NCBI GenBank assembly: GCA_043228905.1
Contig: JBHGNT010000012.1
Coordinates: 11,346,001-11,410,000, forward strand
Origin: Azolla caroliniana
Taxonomy: Eukaryota > Plantae > Polypodiophyta
Reading direction: 5' to 3'
Length of the DNA: 64,000 bases
The notes under the pieces: model-generated
The model's database searches: none
What the model was told of the DNA's origin: nothing
The model's input: only the letters and a program-made list of their open reading frames with translations
Shown here: positions 62,464 through 64,000 of the stretch, one piece after another
Layout: the number at the start of each line of letters is the position of its first letter
How positions within the stretch are numbered: the stretch's first letter is position 1
Program-made: the position numbers and the translations under genes

Positions 62464-63249
62464 ACACCACAGTCGGTCTCTCATCTTCATGTTGAAAAAT
62501 TGTTTGATCAAATCAGTTTTGATGATGAGGACTTTTTCTCGTACATGGCTTGTAGTTTCTCCCACAATGAGAACGTTGTCGTCTCTTTTGCCATGTTGAA
62601 GTAGACATTTTCGGCTAGGTGCATTCGAATGGTGGAGCGTGCGATTTCGTTCATTAATCTCCACTCATTGGTTGACATTGAAGCAGGCTTTTCGGAGTGT
62701 CGAATGGCCTCGACCTGTCTTCGAATAATCAGTATGCCCTGCATCATCTCCTTCCATAGGGCAAAGTTTCTACCATTGAATTTTTGGATCTCAACTATTG
62801 TACCGGATGTTGATGCCATGATTCTTTTGAAAGTGAGATTTGCTAACCTGGTCTTTTTCCTTTCAACTTTTTCTGTTGTTTGCTGCCGCCGAGCTGCGAA
62901 TCGCTCTAATACCAGTTGAAAGACACATATGCATGGAATGTATGTGAGGATCTGTCGGTTGTGCTCGGCAAACAAGACATGAGGGCTAGAAGATATAGAA
63001 AGATGCTAGATACACAGATGAAGCTTTAATGAAAGCTCTCTTTATTTCTGTTCTCTCTCTCTCTCTCTCTTGCTCGGAGACTCTGTACAAGAATGATCAA
63101 ACGATGTACGCTTTACAATGTTAGGTTATATACTAAGCCCTAACTATATGGACGAGTTCACACTAGGATACAAAGTGGAAGGAGTCGTCCTTTTATACCA
63201 ACACACAACCGCAACAACCAGGTACGGACTATCGACAATTTGAATGTCA
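62464..63249 (-). mobile_element. Truncated Copia 5' end (LTR 62917-63249, PBS, gag start)
   Basis: PBS TGGTATTAGAGC and IQKFNGRNFALWKEMM...LWEKLQAMYEKK. Cut off at 62464. Confidence 0.85.
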
Positions 63250-64000
63250 TGATGGATTACTAGTCTTTAAGAAACACTTGTATGTTCCGAATGGTTCTTG
63301 TTGCCTTCGAGTATTCCAAAATTGTCATGACACATATACAACTGGGCATTTTGGTAGTACTAAAACGTTGGATTTTGTACAACGATAATTTTGTTGGCCT
63401 CATATGCGACGATTTGTCGAAGACTATGTTAAGACATGTGATACATGTTGTAGAGCAAAGATGCCAAGACATCATCCATATGGTTTATTGGAACCATTAC
63501 CAATTCCAAGCAAGCCGTGGCAATCCATTTCTCTAGATTTCATCACAGATCTTCCAGTTTCAAAGGGATTTGATGTGATCTTAACAACAGTAGATCGATA
63601 TACTAAGATGGCACATTTCTTACCTTGTACCAAGGAAATCACTAGTCAAGAAACCACCAAAATTGTCATGCGTGAGGTATTTCAGCATCATGGCCTCCCA
63701 GATAATATCATCAACGACCGTGGACCTCAATTCGTCTCAAAATTCTGGAAGCATGTCTTCAAAATTCTCAAGGTCACTTGTAACCTCTCCTCCAACTATA
63801 ACCCTCAAACAGACGAACAAGCAGAACGAACAAATCAAACGCTTGAACAGTATCTCTGGTGCTTTCTAAGCTATCAACAAGATGATTGGGAAGATATTCT
63901 TGCCAAATTTGCGTATAATAACTCTATCCACTTATCGACTAGGGTTACACCATTTTATGCTTATACAGGCTATCATCCTCGGTGGTGTGTATTCGAAACT
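63250..64000 (+). pseudogene. Ty3/Gypsy (Tcn1/Tf2-like) integrase remnant
   Basis: HD...GHFG...CDTCCRAK, PWQSISLDFITDLP, DRGPQFVS, ERTNQTLEQYL, with stops and frameshifts. Confidence 0.92.

Overview
AT-rich nuclear DNA from a land plant. The TE lineages and long TE-filled introns suggest a fern or lycophyte (inference). One host gene is present: a multi-exon kinesin-12 (KIF15/POK-like) motor on the + strand, ~5119-30900. Its introns hold about a dozen fragments of one LINE family plus a Copia element. The flanks (1-4 kb and 33-64 kb) are nested transposons: Tcn1/Tf2-like Gypsy remnants, a four-level hAT/MULE nest, a tail-to-tail inverted Gypsy pair, a fungal-type Gypsy split by a ~13 kb inversion, and one intact young Tnt1/Tork-like Copia. 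The most unusual signals are (i) an LTR at 1223-1679 with a bipartite tRNA-Arg-like primer site on the - strand, abutting a long coiled-coil ORF and a TATA box on the + strand, and (ii) a canonical PCNA PIP box in an extra C-terminal tail of the intronic LINE. All coordinates were read by eye and no searches were run.
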